Source of the DNA: an uncultured delta proteobacterium
Lineage (GTDB): Bacteria > Desulfobacterota > Syntrophia > Syntrophales > UBA2185
Direction: 5' to 3'
DNA: 64,000 nt
Assembly: GCA_963729715.1 (NCBI GenBank)
Contig: CAVSPA010000006.1
Coordinates: 256,001-320,000 of the forward strand
Shown: positions 30,480 to 41,163 of the stretch, piece after piece
Position numbering within the stretch: the stretch's first letter is position 1
How the letters are laid out: the number at the start of each line of letters is the position of its first letter
Translations under genes and position numbers: made by a program
Notes under the pieces: generated by a model
Databases searched by the model: none
Seen by the model: the letters and a program-made list of their open reading frames with translations, nothing else
What the model was told of the DNA's origin: nothing

Positions 30480-31571
30480 ATGAAGAATCTCCTTTTAAGT
30501 TTGATATCACTTATATTTGTAATGGGATGTCAGAGTTCAGACGGAGACCGACGGGAGGCAAAAAGCCAAATGAAAGAAATGAGTGCGACAAAGCAAATAG
30601 CCACATTCGCCGGCGGCTGTTTCTGGTGTGTAGAGTCTGATTTCGAAAAAGTTCCTGGTGTTGAGAAGGTAATATCCGGCTATACAGACGGAACCGGGGA
30701 GAATCCGACCTATGAAACATATAGCAGGAAGGGATATGTAGAAGCTGTCCAGGTTTATTTCGAGCCCTCGAAAGTGACCTATGAACAACTGCTCGATTAC
30801 TTCTGGAAACATATCGATCCCACGGACCCGGGAGGACAATTTGTCGACCGTGGTCCTCAATACAGAAGCGCGATATTCTATCACGACGAAGAGCAAAAGC
30901 GGCTGGCGGAAAAATCAAAGGCGGAATTAGGTAAATCTGGGCGGTTTTCCAAGCCGATCGTGACGGAAATCATCAAATCCAACAAATTTTTTGATGCGGA
31001 GGAATATCATCAGGATTACTACAAGAAAAATCCTCTAAGATATAAATACTACAGACAAGGATCGGGACGTGATCAGTTTCTGAAGAAAGTGTGGGGAGAA
31101 GAAAATGCCGGCATCAAACCCGCCGGAGCTCAAGAATACAAAAAACCTGATGACATAACATTGAAGAAGCTATTGACCCCCATGCAATACAAAGTAACGC
31201 AGCACAAAGGCACAGAACCAGCCTTCTACAATGAATACTGGGACAATAAAAGAGAGGGCATCTATGTGGATGTAGTTTCAGGTGAACCCCTTTTCAGCTC
31301 GCTCGACAAATTTAATTCTGGAACAGGCTGGCCGAGCTTCACAAAGCCCCTCGAACCGGGAGACGTTGTCGAACTGGGAAGGCCCACTTACGCTGGTACG
31401 GAGGTACGGAGTAGGTACGCCGACTCACACCTCGGGCATGTCTTCCTCGATGGGCCGGAGCCGACCGGACTTAGATATTGCATGAACTCGGCCGCTATGA
31501 GATTCATCCCCAAGGAGGACTTGGAAAAAGAAGGTTATGGCAAGTATTTAAAATTATTTAGCCAGAAGTAA
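30480..31571 (+). CDS. msrAB: Bifunctional methionine sulfoxide reductase MsrA/MsrB lipoprotein
   Basis: FVMGC lipobox, [35 protein letters not shown]. Confidence 0.95.
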   Translation: MKNLLLSLISLIFVMGCQSSDGDRREAKSQMKEMSATKQIATFAGGCFWCVESDFEKVPGVEKVISGYTDGTGENPTYETYSRKGYVEAVQVYFEPSKVTYEQLLDYFWKHIDPTDPGGQFVDRGPQYRSAIFYHDEEQKRLAEKSKAELGKSGRFSKPIVTEIIKSNKFFDAEEYHQDYYKKNPLRYKYYRQGSGRDQFLKKVWGEENAGIKPAGAQEYKKPDDITLKKLLTPMQYKVTQHKGTEPAFYNEYWDNKREGIYVDVVSGEPLFSSLDKFNSGTGWPSFTKPLEPGDVVELGRPTYAGTEVRSRYADSHLGHVFLDGPEPTGLRYCMNSAAMRFIPKEDLEKEGYGKYLKLFSQK

Positions 31572-31581
31572 TATCAAATCG

Positions 31582-31617
31582 TGAGTGGTTAACCGCGATG
31601 GTCAACCCCTCATTTTT
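31582..31617 (+). terminator. Putative intrinsic terminator after msrAB
   Basis: TGAGTGGTTAACC / GGTCAACCCCTCA imperfect stem followed by TTTTT. Confidence 0.55.
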
Positions 31618-32061
31618 GGAGGCTGATTTGCAGAAGCCAACAAGAAGGACAAGAAGCAAGAATGAGAACATTGATAAATGAGAATTTGACTCCGCATCAA
31701 GAATACGGATGCTTTTAACTATTGAACTGTTCCTATGTAAGTACCGGCCTTCTTTAAGGCAATTTCCATTTCTTGAATTGTAATTATTGCCGGATCATAA
31801 TAAACAGTGGTTATCTCCTTAAAGTAGCGAAAGCCTTTTTCAACTCTCTTCACTCCCTTCAGCCCTTCCAGGGCCTCCTTGCCAACGTCAAATCATTTAA
31901 CATAAAAGGTCGCCTCGGATGTTACAGCATCTTTTGCGAGAGAACCCCCATAACCTGAAAAGAGAAACATCATGAAAACAAAAAGAGTCAAAGACTGAGT
32001 GATTCGGTTCTGCATATAATTCTCGGCATATTCGTAATGCAGAAGAGATAAAGAATTCCTT

Positions 32062-32301
32062 CTACGGGAGTTTCTTTATTAAGTCTGGAAATTCGCCATC
32101 AATAATCAGCTTACCGAATTCCAGGCAGCCTATAATTGCCTCTTCCCAGGTCTTGTAGGTTGGAGATTCACGAAAAACCTTGCTCGACACGCGTGATCCG
32201 CTGTGCCTGTGTATTTCCACAAAGGTGCTCCATTGGCCTGTCTCCAATAATTCCGGATCAGCCTCAATTACAAATCCCTTGTATTGCACTTCTTCGGACA
32301 T
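32062..32301 (-). CDS. Small hypothetical protein
   Basis: 79 aa with AAGGA RBS, directly downstream of the acyl-CoA dehydrogenase. Protein-like composition (YKGFVIEA...GKLIIDG). Confidence 0.65.
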   Translation of the reverse strand: MSEEVQYKGFVIEADPELLETGQWSTFVEIHRHSGSRVSSKVFRESPTYKTWEEAIIGCLEFGKLIIDGEFPDLIKKLP

Positions 32302-32318
32302 TAATCCATCCTTAGTGA

Positions 32319-33458
32319 TCAGCGCAGAACATGTCCGGAGATCACCATCCGCTGGGCTTCCGATGTGCCTTCATAGACTTCGGCGATCTTGGCGTCGCGC
32401 ATCAGTCTCTCCACCTTTGTGCCTTCGATATAGCCATACCCGCCGTGTATCTGGACCGCCTTGATAGTATGCTTCATGGCGGCTTCTGTTGCGAAAAGCT
32501 TTGCCATGGACGCCTCCTTGCCGAAGGCCAGATTGTTGTCCTTCAGCCACGCTGCGTGATAGGCTAAGAGACGGGCGGCGGAAAGATCAGTCGCCATATC
32601 TGCTATCATCCAGGCGATGGCCTGTTGACGGGCGATGGGCTTTCCGAACTGGACTCTCTCCTTGGAGTACTTAATCGATTCATCGAGGGCTGCCTGGAGG
32701 ACACCGATGGCCTGGGCGGCAATCCCAATCCGACCATGGTCGAATCCGTTCATGGCCAGGGCAAGACCTGCACCTTCCTGTCCGAGGAGATTCTCCCTGG
32801 GAACACGGCATTCATTGAAAACCACTTCCGACGTCTGCGAGGCGCGGAGCCCCATCTTCTCGAAATGCTTTCCCGGCTTCAGCCCGGTGGTTCCTTTGGG
32901 GACGATGAAGGCGCTCATACCCTTTTTCCCTGCAGATTTATCCGTCCAGCAAAAGACAATGTATGTATCAGCGAGAGGGCCGTTGGAAACGAAGGTCTTC
33001 GTGCCGTTGATGACGTAGTTGTTCCCATCGCGAACAGCCGCATTAGTAATTGACATGACATCGGTGCCTGCTCCCGGCTCGGTCAAAGTAAAAGCTCCGA
33101 GGTGCCTTCCCTGAGCCAGGGGAATCAGGTATTTTTTCTTCTGATCTTCGTTTCCGAAAAGATTTATTATCGTGCCGATTATGCCGGCGTGAAATGAAAG
33201 GGTGAATCCCGTGGATGTACAGGCTCGGGAAATCTCTTCCACGACAATGGCGTGTGTTAGAAAATCGGCGCCGGCGCCACCATATTGTTCAGGGATGGGT
33301 ATGCCCATCCAGCCTCCCTCAGCAAGCTTCTTAAATAGCTCCGCCGGATGGCGACCGTTCTGATCGATCTCAGCGGCTATCGGGTCTACATGCTTCGCGG
33401 CAAATTCGCGCGCATTCTTACGGATGAGTTCCTGCTCTTCGGTAAATGCAAATTCCAT
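32319..33458 (-). CDS. Acyl-CoA dehydrogenase (butyryl-CoA dehydrogenase-like)
   Basis: FTLTEPGAGTD, NGTKTFVSNG, KMGLRAS, RVQFGKPI, QIHGGYGY, YEGTSE. Confidence 0.95.
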   Translation of the reverse strand: MEFAFTEEQELIRKNAREFAAKHVDPIAAEIDQNGRHPAELFKKLAEGGWMGIPIPEQYGGAGADFLTHAIVVEEISRACTSTGFTLSFHAGIIGTIINLFGNEDQKKKYLIPLAQGRHLGAFTLTEPGAGTDVMSITNAAVRDGNNYVINGTKTFVSNGPLADTYIVFCWTDKSAGKKGMSAFIVPKGTTGLKPGKHFEKMGLRASQTSEVVFNECRVPRENLLGQEGAGLALAMNGFDHGRIGIAAQAIGVLQAALDESIKYSKERVQFGKPIARQQAIAWMIADMATDLSAARLLAYHAAWLKDNNLAFGKEASMAKLFATEAAMKHTIKAVQIHGGYGYIEGTKVERLMRDAKIAEVYEGTSEAQRMVISGHVLR

Positions 33459-33501
33459 AATCCATTCCTCGTCTCAATTCTTCAGGGTCAATTATGCTCA
33501 C

Positions 33502-34311
33502 TTATGATTTGCCCATTCCCGAGTTATTACGGGATGCAGCGATAATATCCTTCATCTTCACTTCCGGGTGATGGTATCGCTCGTAACGGGTGGTTTTCTT
33601 CCCATATTGGATCGCTTCTTCCGGGCACCATTGGATGCAGGCAAGGCATTGTTCACATTTATGCAGCCATACGGGTTTTCCTGCTTTCATATCTATATTC
33701 CCGCACGGGCAGATTTTACTGCAGATATTGCAGGAGTTACATTTATCATCGACCCAAAAATTCTTATCCAGCGTCGGCACATGTGAAAAAGAAAGTGAGT
33801 AAAACCAGGAGAACAGAATATTCTGCCATATAGGACCTTTTTCAACAGGACCTTTCCGTCTTCCGGCAATAATTGAAGATATTCTTTTAATCTTTTCCTT
33901 CGCTCCGTTTATCCTCTGCATGCGTTTGTCTTCCGGTCCAGGTCCGCCCCATGGTATATAGTTTGACGGCATGACAATATCGAATCCGGAAGAAAGATAC
34001 AATCCCCTGGATCTCATCAGCCTGTCCAACTGCAGAAGCGTGGCTGCTACCTGGCCGGCATTCACAGCAAGGGCAAAGTAGTATCTGGATGCATCAATGG
34101 CTAATGACTTGACGAAATTGATAACCGGCTGCGGCAAGCCCCATATATGGACAGGGAAGACGATGCCGGCGGCGTCAGCCTCTATTTTAACAGGATTGCC
34201 GATGTCACGCGGGATGGGGAATATCTCGGCGTTGCCGAGTTCATCAGCCATGACACGCGCTGCCCAAAGGGAATTGCCGGTTCCGGTATAGAAGAAGAGA
34301 TGGGTTTTCAT
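33502..34311 (-). CDS. EFR1-family ferredoxin (flavodoxin-like plus 2x[4Fe-4S])
   Basis: FYTGTGNS, MPSNY, CNSCNICSKICP, CEQCLACIQWCP, RYHHP. Confidence 0.9.
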   Translation of the reverse strand: MKTHLFFYTGTGNSLWAARVMADELGNAEIFPIPRDIGNPVKIEADAAGIVFPVHIWGLPQPVINFVKSLAIDASRYYFALAVNAGQVAATLLQLDRLMRSRGLYLSSGFDIVMPSNYIPWGGPGPEDKRMQRINGAKEKIKRISSIIAGRRKGPVEKGPIWQNILFSWFYSLSFSHVPTLDKNFWVDDKCNSCNICSKICPCGNIDMKAGKPVWLHKCEQCLACIQWCPEEAIQYGKKTTRYERYHHPEVKMKDIIAASRNNSGMGKS

Positions 34312-34783
34312 ATGGCGGCTACTCGCTTATCAATTTTTTATAATATTAGATGTCACGCACGTCGCGCCGGTTCATATTCTTGAGGTTACAGCAATTATCA
34401 ATTTTCTCATAGGAAAGGCATGAAGCTTTCACTGCAATTTGTATATTAACGCATGGGGCTTTCTTATCAAGATTTTCACCAGAAATCCACCACGGGAATT
34501 AAAGACAAATTGAGTCTTTGAGGAAGAAGTGAATTCCGCGGAGAGGCGGGAGTAACACCGCGTTCCTTCGAAATGACGGGGGAGGGGACAATTCGAAATG
34601 ACAGGGAAAGGACTGTATACTCAATATATCCAAACGCGTTATAAGGCACAATTTGCCGGGTAGAGACCATGAAAGGCAATATTTGTTTCCTGCGGCTTTG
34701 GGATATAGAAATCGTATTCAAGAATACTAATAGATACTACAGCAAATCAGAGGGTTATGTGCGGTGCCGGCGGGAACATAATA

Positions 34784-34799
34784 TGGCATATGCCTTGCA
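34784..34799 (+). promoter_or_regulatory. Sigma54 -24/-12 promoter upstream of motB
   Basis: TGGCATATGCCTTGCA with exact spacing. Confidence 0.7.
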
Positions 34800-34883
34800 A
34801 ACAAGGGAAGTGAAGAAATTGGAAAAGTCATAACGCATGGAGCGCAATGCTTCAGTCACTAAAGTATAGTTGTTTTTGCAAGA

Positions 34884-35738
34884 GTGTCTATGAAAAACGA
34901 TAAAGATCACGAAATAGAAAAAAGGGGAGAAAATGTTTCTTGTCCGGTGCCTGGAGCTTCACGTGATGGAGAAATAGAAAGGGATGTATCTTACAAACCG
35001 CATAAAGAAGCCATAATTGTTGACATCGAAAAAGTGATTGGACCGAGAAAATCATATATTCCGGTAAAGAAACCTTTCTCAGATCGCCTCGACAAAAGAA
35101 TATTCGAGACCGATGACGAAATCACGCCGCCACATTGGGCCGTTCCATGGTCCGACATCATGATGGTTGTCTTCGTGATGTTCGCCGTCTTATTTATCTA
35201 TTCACTGTCAAAACGTGATATCGCCGATGCGTTCAAGATACCGAATGCGACGAAGATGGAAGCTCCGAGGCAAGAGGTCAGACAGGAAATGACTCCCGAA
35301 CAACTCAATCAGATGAGCCGCCGCTTGAGACAAGATACAAGACCTGACCAGATATCGGTCGCCGTTGATAAAGAACAGTCGATAAAAGTGAGCGCCAGCG
35401 ATTCCCTTTTTTTTGATCTAGGAAAGGCGGACATAAAACCAGAGGCCATTGAGTTCCTGAGAAACTTTGCCGAGGTCGTCAAAAAAACAAAAACTAATAT
35501 CCGCATCGAGGGACATACCGACTCCTTCCCGATCCATTCCCCGGCGTTTCCCACGAACTGGGAGCTTTCGGCAATAAGGGCGGTAAAGATTGCCAGATTT
35601 CTCATTGAAGAAAACGGCATAGAGCCGGAGAGATTTACGGTAGCCGGTCACTCCTTGTATAAACCGGCAGCCCCCAACACCACCCCTGAAAATAAGGCAA
35701 TAAACAGAAGGGTCGAAATCTTTATCAGCAAGGAATAA
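34884..35738 (+). CDS. motB: Flagellar stator MotB-family protein (OmpA-like C-terminal domain)
   Basis: WAVPWSDIMM TM segment with conserved Asp, IEGHTD, NWELSAIRA, NRRVEI. Confidence 0.88.
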   Translation: MSMKNDKDHEIEKRGENVSCPVPGASRDGEIERDVSYKPHKEAIIVDIEKVIGPRKSYIPVKKPFSDRLDKRIFETDDEITPPHWAVPWSDIMMVVFVMFAVLFIYSLSKRDIADAFKIPNATKMEAPRQEVRQEMTPEQLNQMSRRLRQDTRPDQISVAVDKEQSIKVSASDSLFFDLGKADIKPEAIEFLRNFAEVVKKTKTNIRIEGHTDSFPIHSPAFPTNWELSAIRAVKIARFLIEENGIEPERFTVAGHSLYKPAAPNTTPENKAINRRVEIFISKE

Positions 35739-35767
35739 TTAAAGCAGATAAAACGGGAGATAATTTT

Positions 35768-36610
35768 ATGTTAAGACAAAATTTAATTTTCGGTGGGATT
35801 TGTACCATGATATTTATCGGCTGTTTTTTCTTCGGAGAAGGGGGGACAGTCGTATATTTCAACATTGTAAGTTTTCTGGTTGTTTCATCCGGGACAATCG
35901 GCGCCGCTTTCCTAAGTTTTCCCTTTGAAAGAATAAAGAATGCATACAGAGTTGCCCTCAATTCATACAAGAAGGACGCTATAAGTTCACCGGATCATAT
36001 CGTAAATATCCTTCTCGATATCTCCGTCAGGTCGAGATCCAACGGCATCTTGTCTCTCGAGAAATTAGAAAAGACGACACAGATTATATTCTTAAAGAAT
36101 GGCCTTGGTCTGCTGGTTGACGGCTACAGGGAAGATGAAATACGCAGCATCCTGCACAATGAGATTTACTATTTCAAACTCAGACGGCAGCATTCTGAAA
36201 GGGTGTTCAGGACCATGGCCCTGTTGGCTCCGGGATTTGGTGTGGCGGGCAGCATCATCGGTCTTATCGGGATGCTTTATGGTGTGGGCGACACAGGAGT
36301 AATTCTGAAGACGATCCCTGTCGCCTTGACATCGACCCTTTACGGGATAGTTTTCAGCTATTATATTTTAGTCCCCATTGCGGAAAACATCTATTCAAAA
36401 ACGCAGCAGGAACTATACTTGCAGAGCATTATTACGGACGGCATAATAGAAATCGGCCAGGAGCAAAATCTTTACAAACTGGAAAAAAGACTCTCATCTT
36501 TTCTTACGCCATCTGCGAGGGCGGGCAAGGAGGAAAGTCTGCAGGAACTCCGCAAAAGATACATGCTCATGAAGACGGAACAGAAGGAGAGGTGTACTGC
36601 AGCGGCATAA
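35768..36610 (+). CDS. motA: Flagellar stator MotA/PomA-family protein
   Basis: GILSLE, LLVDG, APGFGVAGSIIGLIGML, ALTSTLYG. Confidence 0.88.
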   Translation: MLRQNLIFGGICTMIFIGCFFFGEGGTVVYFNIVSFLVVSSGTIGAAFLSFPFERIKNAYRVALNSYKKDAISSPDHIVNILLDISVRSRSNGILSLEKLEKTTQIIFLKNGLGLLVDGYREDEIRSILHNEIYYFKLRRQHSERVFRTMALLAPGFGVAGSIIGLIGMLYGVGDTGVILKTIPVALTSTLYGIVFSYYILVPIAENIYSKTQQELYLQSIITDGIIEIGQEQNLYKLEKRLSSFLTPSARAGKEESLQELRKRYMLMKTEQKERCTAAA

Positions 36611-36662
36611 GCTAATATATGATACATCCTTCAATTCATGAGAAGCTGATCTTGAGAAGTAA

Positions 36663-38603
36663 TCACTTAGAGGTCGTAAATGTTTTATCAGCGCCGTAAA
36701 CGGTGCCTGCCGAAGTTTGTGACGCAATCCGGTAATGATAAGTTGTCCCGGGCGTCAACCCGGTAATATTCCGGGAGACGGCAAGCGTCCCGGAAACAGA
36801 CGCTTCCTGCATGCCGCTGGTCTGCTGACCGTAATTTGTTATCTTGCCATAGTCAAACCACCAGGTCATGGACAATCCGTTGGGTGTGATCGTTCCAGTG
36901 AGCGCGGCCGCGCTTGAGGTTATACTCGCTGCAGTGCCGGTAGCGACTTCCTGCAGAACGGCGGATGTCGTAAAGGTCTTGTCTTCCCCGTCAACATTGC
37001 CTTTGATGTTATTCGCCGAGATCTTGTAATAGTACATGGTATTGGAAGTCAATTCCGTAATATCGTCGGAGACGGCGATACTGTTCGTCCCCTGAATGCC
37101 TGTATGCCCGGGCGTATGGGTCGTATATGACTTGGATTTCCCATACCAGAACCAGTACGAAGTCGGTACCCCGTTGGGATTGACGGTGCCCGTCAGGGTA
37201 GCGGATGTCTTCGTCACATTCTTTGCTTCAGCCGTTGCCGCGGTTGCGAGAGAAAGAGGGGCGGTCTTGAATGTCTTTTCCTCACCTGTTGCTGTTCCGC
37301 CGCCGTTCTTAGCTACGATCTTATAAGTATATGTTGTATCGGCATCTAGTCCCCAGATATTAGCGGTAACATTCCAGTCATTCTCAACACTGGCGCCGGT
37401 ATCGTCTGTCTTTTTCGAATCCGCATTGGATTTCCGATCCATATTGAATTTCTGATACTCGAAGTGCCACAAGGCCTGGTCGTTATGCGGATTGATTATA
37501 CCATTCAGGGTAGCAGTGCTGATGGTCACGCTCGTCGCACTCCCGGTTACAGCGCTTGGTGGCTGGAGTTTCTGAGTCGTAAACGTTTGATCCATGCCGT
37601 AGCTTGCTCCCAGCGTATTGCTGGCCACAATCCGGAAATGGTACGTCTTGCCCGGATCAAAGTAGTTGGGCAATGGCAGTGAAACTTTAACCAAGTCTAT
37701 TCCCTTTCCGGCATATGCCTGGGATTTTTTTATCCCGTAACCGGTTGTTTCTCCGTATTCGAAATAATACATTGTATCGAGGCCGGCTGGTGTAACCCAC
37801 CCGTTAAGCGTCGCGTCACGTGTCCCGATATCCGATGCCGCAAGCGTTACCACAATCGGCTTGGAAGTGGTGAGGAATTGCCGGGATTCTCCGTCAGATG
37901 TTTGTGCGCCTGAGTAATCATTCCTCGCGCGCAACCGATAATAATATCTCGTCCCAGGCGTCAAGCCCGTGACTTTCACCGAGAAATCGACAGCATTATT
38001 GACAGAACCTTCATACTGTCCTGCCGTAAGGGGTGCTGGACAATTTAAGATGCAATCGGCCATCCCATAGTCGAAGCTGGCATAGGTCTTATTTCCGTTG
38101 GGGTTTATTGTGCCGTGGAGCACTGCGGAGGTCGAACTCACATCGGTTACGGCCCCTGTCGTCACTGTGGGGGGATAATGGGTTGAGAACATCCTGTCTT
38201 CTCCCATACTCAATTCCCATTTGTTGTCAAACTTACTAAAGTATTTGACTACGAGGCGAAAATGATAAATCTGCTGGGGGGTCAGATTCGTGACCTGCCC
38301 ACTGACATTGCAAAGTTCCCCGGAAGGAACGTAGGTACAGATTCCATATTGTTGTGACTGGGCTCCATAACTCGGACTCGGACCGTACTCGAAGTAACTC
38401 GAATCTACTTGGAGGTTGTTGGGCCAGTAATCTCCATACAATGTGGCTGACGTGGGCGTTTCATTCGACGACCCGTTGGTTTGTACAAAGGGAGACGCGG
38501 GAACAACTGGCGATCCCTCCCCGGTTCCGAAAGGGCTTAACAGCAGAATGCTTCCTAAAATCATCCCAATAATGGCTTTGTGCTTCCTTTGCATTTCTGT
38601 CAT
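36663..38603 (-). CDS. Secreted protein made of six fibronectin-III-like repeats
   Basis: Signal peptide then ~100-aa repeats: ATLxGxIxPNG...F(E/D)YG...LxPxTxYxYRI.A.N..G...G.DxTFTT. Confidence 0.85.
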   Translation of the reverse strand: MTEMQRKHKAIIGMILGSILLLSPFGTGEGSPVVPASPFVQTNGSSNETPTSATLYGDYWPNNLQVDSSYFEYGPSPSYGAQSQQYGICTYVPSGELCNVSGQVTNLTPQQIYHFRLVVKYFSKFDNKWELSMGEDRMFSTHYPPTVTTGAVTDVSSTSAVLHGTINPNGNKTYASFDYGMADCILNCPAPLTAGQYEGSVNNAVDFSVKVTGLTPGTRYYYRLRARNDYSGAQTSDGESRQFLTTSKPIVVTLAASDIGTRDATLNGWVTPAGLDTMYYFEYGETTGYGIKKSQAYAGKGIDLVKVSLPLPNYFDPGKTYHFRIVASNTLGASYGMDQTFTTQKLQPPSAVTGSATSVTISTATLNGIINPHNDQALWHFEYQKFNMDRKSNADSKKTDDTGASVENDWNVTANIWGLDADTTYTYKIVAKNGGGTATGEEKTFKTAPLSLATAATAEAKNVTKTSATLTGTVNPNGVPTSYWFWYGKSKSYTTHTPGHTGIQGTNSIAVSDDITELTSNTMYYYKISANNIKGNVDGEDKTFTTSAVLQEVATGTAASITSSAAALTGTITPNGLSMTWWFDYGKITNYGQQTSGMQEASVSGTLAVSRNITGLTPGTTYHYRIASQTSAGTVYGADKTFTTSK

Positions 38604-38979
38604 CGTGCCTTCCCTCCTTAAGAAAGGTTTTCATCAGCGGGCTTCGGTAGGAACTATCTTATTATTGTGCGAAGTATAGGGGAGAGGGTTCTCGTATGTC
38701 AAGGCAATTTGACTGCAAAATATGGCGGTGCTTGTCAGAACCAAGCAGACGTCTGATGGATTTTATTCGTGGAGTCCGTAATCAGGGCTTCCGTGTTTCT
38801 TGCAGCCGCAGCAGACCACACCGGAGGTATTTTCCTAGGCAAAGCACCAAGGATAAAGATAAGCCCCGATTCAGGATAATTCTGATTGTCCAGGATTAGG
38901 ACTAATGCTATAAATTGTATCATTCTTTCCGCGGGAAGAAATCGTTTATTTCTCTATTTATATTTAGGCGATGACCTAA

Positions 38980-39564
38980 ATGATTCCTTTGTTGGCAGTC
39001 TTGTTCATATTGGTCGTACTTTTCCTTTTCGTGCCCTTTCATCTTAAGCTGAATGGCCGCTATGAAGAGGGGTTTGCCGGCTCTTTCGCCATCTCATGGC
39101 TATGGGAACTCGCGGGACTCGACTACAGCAAAGAAGAGATAAGGATTCTCGTAGCCGGACGAACTATCTTCCGGAAGATAAGAAAAGAAAAGTTACGAGA
39201 AAAGGGCCGCAAGGAACCGCCTAAGAAGGTGCGAAAGAGAAAGTCAAAGAGCTGGATACTCATCCACTTTCCTTTTGTATTCGCAACGGCAAGAGAATTC
39301 TTTGGGTCTCTTTGCCCTGAGGGGCGCATCAAAGGCACAGTAGGACTTGGTGATCCGGCCGAGACCGGAATGTTCATGGGGATAGTAGCATGCTGTCTCT
39401 CTTGTCTGCCCCTGCCATTTCTCACGATCGTGCCGGAATTCGAAAAGAAGGAATTCAACGTGGAAGGCTGGCTTACTGTACGCATCTTGCTGGCGGGCAT
39501 TTTTGCACTCTGTGTGAAGTTTGTATTATCCCGCGAGGGTCGCGAAATCATCCAAGAACTCTAA
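38980..39564 (+). CDS. DUF2953 / YtfI-like membrane protein
   Basis: N-terminal TM helix, Lys-rich linker, GLGDPAETG motif. Adjacent to ytfJ. Confidence 0.75.
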   Translation: MIPLLAVLFILVVLFLFVPFHLKLNGRYEEGFAGSFAISWLWELAGLDYSKEEIRILVAGRTIFRKIRKEKLREKGRKEPPKKVRKRKSKSWILIHFPFVFATAREFFGSLCPEGRIKGTVGLGDPAETGMFMGIVACCLSCLPLPFLTIVPEFEKKEFNVEGWLTVRILLAGIFALCVKFVLSREGREIIQEL

Positions 39565-39578
39565 GAAAGGAGAAGATT

Positions 39579-39983
39579 ATGGAACATGTAAAAATGTTGA
39601 TTGAAACCTTGTTTTCAAAACTCGACGGACTTGCGAGTACGAAAACAATTGTGGGTGAACCCATGGACATCAAAGGGAGGACGATTGTCCCGGTCATTGA
39701 AATTTGCATAGGTGCAGGCGGCGGCGGCTTCATGGGCGAAGGAGAAGGCGCAGGCACCGATGAAAAAGGGAGAAAAGGCCAGGGCAAAGGGCAAGGGAAG
39801 GGCGGAGGTACTTGCGGCGGCATGCGTATCGCCCCTGTAGCCCTTGTTAGTGTTGATGAACAGGGGAACATCTGTGTTTACAACGTCAATGAAAAGAAAG
39901 GCTTCTTCGGGAGGGTGTCAGAGCTGATGCCCCAGATGGTCGACAAAATCATTGACGCAAGATCCGGGAAACCAAAGGAATAG
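39579..39983 (+). CDS. ytfJ: GerW/YtfJ family protein
   Basis: TIVGEP...TIVPV...GAGGG...GGGTCGG..IAPVA. AAGGAG RBS before ATG 39579. Confidence 0.85.
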   Translation: MEHVKMLIETLFSKLDGLASTKTIVGEPMDIKGRTIVPVIEICIGAGGGGFMGEGEGAGTDEKGRKGQGKGQGKGGGTCGGMRIAPVALVSVDEQGNICVYNVNEKKGFFGRVSELMPQMVDKIIDARSGKPKE

Positions 39984-40274
39984 AGAGGCGTCGTCTTGAG
40001 GTCTCCAAATTAGGGCCGGGATTTATTTTATGTAAATTTGGAACGTCGGCCAATTGTATCAGGACTGCCCCTTTGGAAGGACGATTTGGTACATCGGCTG
40101 ATGCAGGCGAATCGATGGGAAGAAGTATAATCAGAAATGCGGGGATGTTGTTTGTCACTGTTCTCATCTAAGGCTCCTGCGGTTCGAGATCTGCCTTGAG
40201 GCCATTGCACACGCCCCTCCTGCCGCGGAGAGGCTTTGGGTGTCTCATCCCATTTTTATTTCTCTTCCTCCGCA

Positions 40275-41129
40275 CTACACGATGGCATTCATAATATGGC
40301 CGAAACCGCGTACAGTGAGATTATCAGTACGATCTGCGAAATATCGCGCGTTTATCTCATCCGGCCCCAGGTCTACAGCCTCCACAAAGCCGAATGCCTT
40401 CAGTTCGGCTGTGAGCGTCGAAGGGTCAAAGGATGTTCGCCAGGGCTCGCCCGCTTTAGCGACCCGCTTTGAGAGATCATCGAATGCCGACCGCTGCCGG
40501 GAATCCAGCAACGAAGGTGAAATAACGTAATCGAAGACGACACCGCTCCCCGTCTTCAGGGTGGCAATAAATTTAAGAGTTTCGGCGATGGTCTCTCCCG
40601 TCAGGTAAGGAGTTACTCCCAACCATGAGAAAAATGTTGGTTCACCGTGATCAATATCCGCTTGCCTGAGACCATCTTCCATAGTCTGTGTTTCGAAATC
40701 CACCGGGACAAAGGTGAGCGAAGCGGGTACAGAGATACCGGCCGCCTCGAGTTGCGCACGCTTCCAGCTCTGCGTAGTCGGGTGATCAACCTCGAAAACA
40801 TGCAGTCGGGCTTGTTTGTAAGGATTTCTATAAGCGAACGTATCAAGGCCCGCACCGAGGATCACGTATTGGCGAAGCCCCCTCCGGACGGCTTCACCGA
40901 GTGCGTCTTCAGCATATCGGGAGCGTGCTGCAATGAAGGCTCTGAGTATGTCCGAGCCTTGAGCGTCAGCGAACCGTTGCGGGGCAGCCTGCAGCGCCGC
41001 CGACCTTTCTGCGCCGATGATACGCATCGCCAGGGGATCATCAAAAACACGGGGTTCATCAAGTATCTGATGTGTAGAGCGCATCATTGCGGCTCTTTGC
41101 GCGGTAATACTGGGACGGCTTTCTATCAT
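40275..41129 (-). CDS. SAM-dependent methyltransferase (LCM/ML2640-like)
   Basis: QYVILGAGLDTFAYR, VFEVDHP, VPVDFE, WLGVTPYL. Confidence 0.9.
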   Translation of the reverse strand: MIESRPSITAQRAAMMRSTHQILDEPRVFDDPLAMRIIGAERSAALQAAPQRFADAQGSDILRAFIAARSRYAEDALGEAVRRGLRQYVILGAGLDTFAYRNPYKQARLHVFEVDHPTTQSWKRAQLEAAGISVPASLTFVPVDFETQTMEDGLRQADIDHGEPTFFSWLGVTPYLTGETIAETLKFIATLKTGSGVVFDYVISPSLLDSRQRSAFDDLSKRVAKAGEPWRTSFDPSTLTAELKAFGFVEAVDLGPDEINARYFADRTDNLTVRGFGHIMNAIV

Positions 41130-41163
41130 GACAGCCCCTATTATTCTGTTTCTTCCTTGTTTC

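Noticed and set aside
34884..36610. Zorya ZorAB anti-phage system
   Set aside because: MotA has no long ZorA tail, there are no zorC/D/E genes nearby, and the motifs are flagellar-stator-like.
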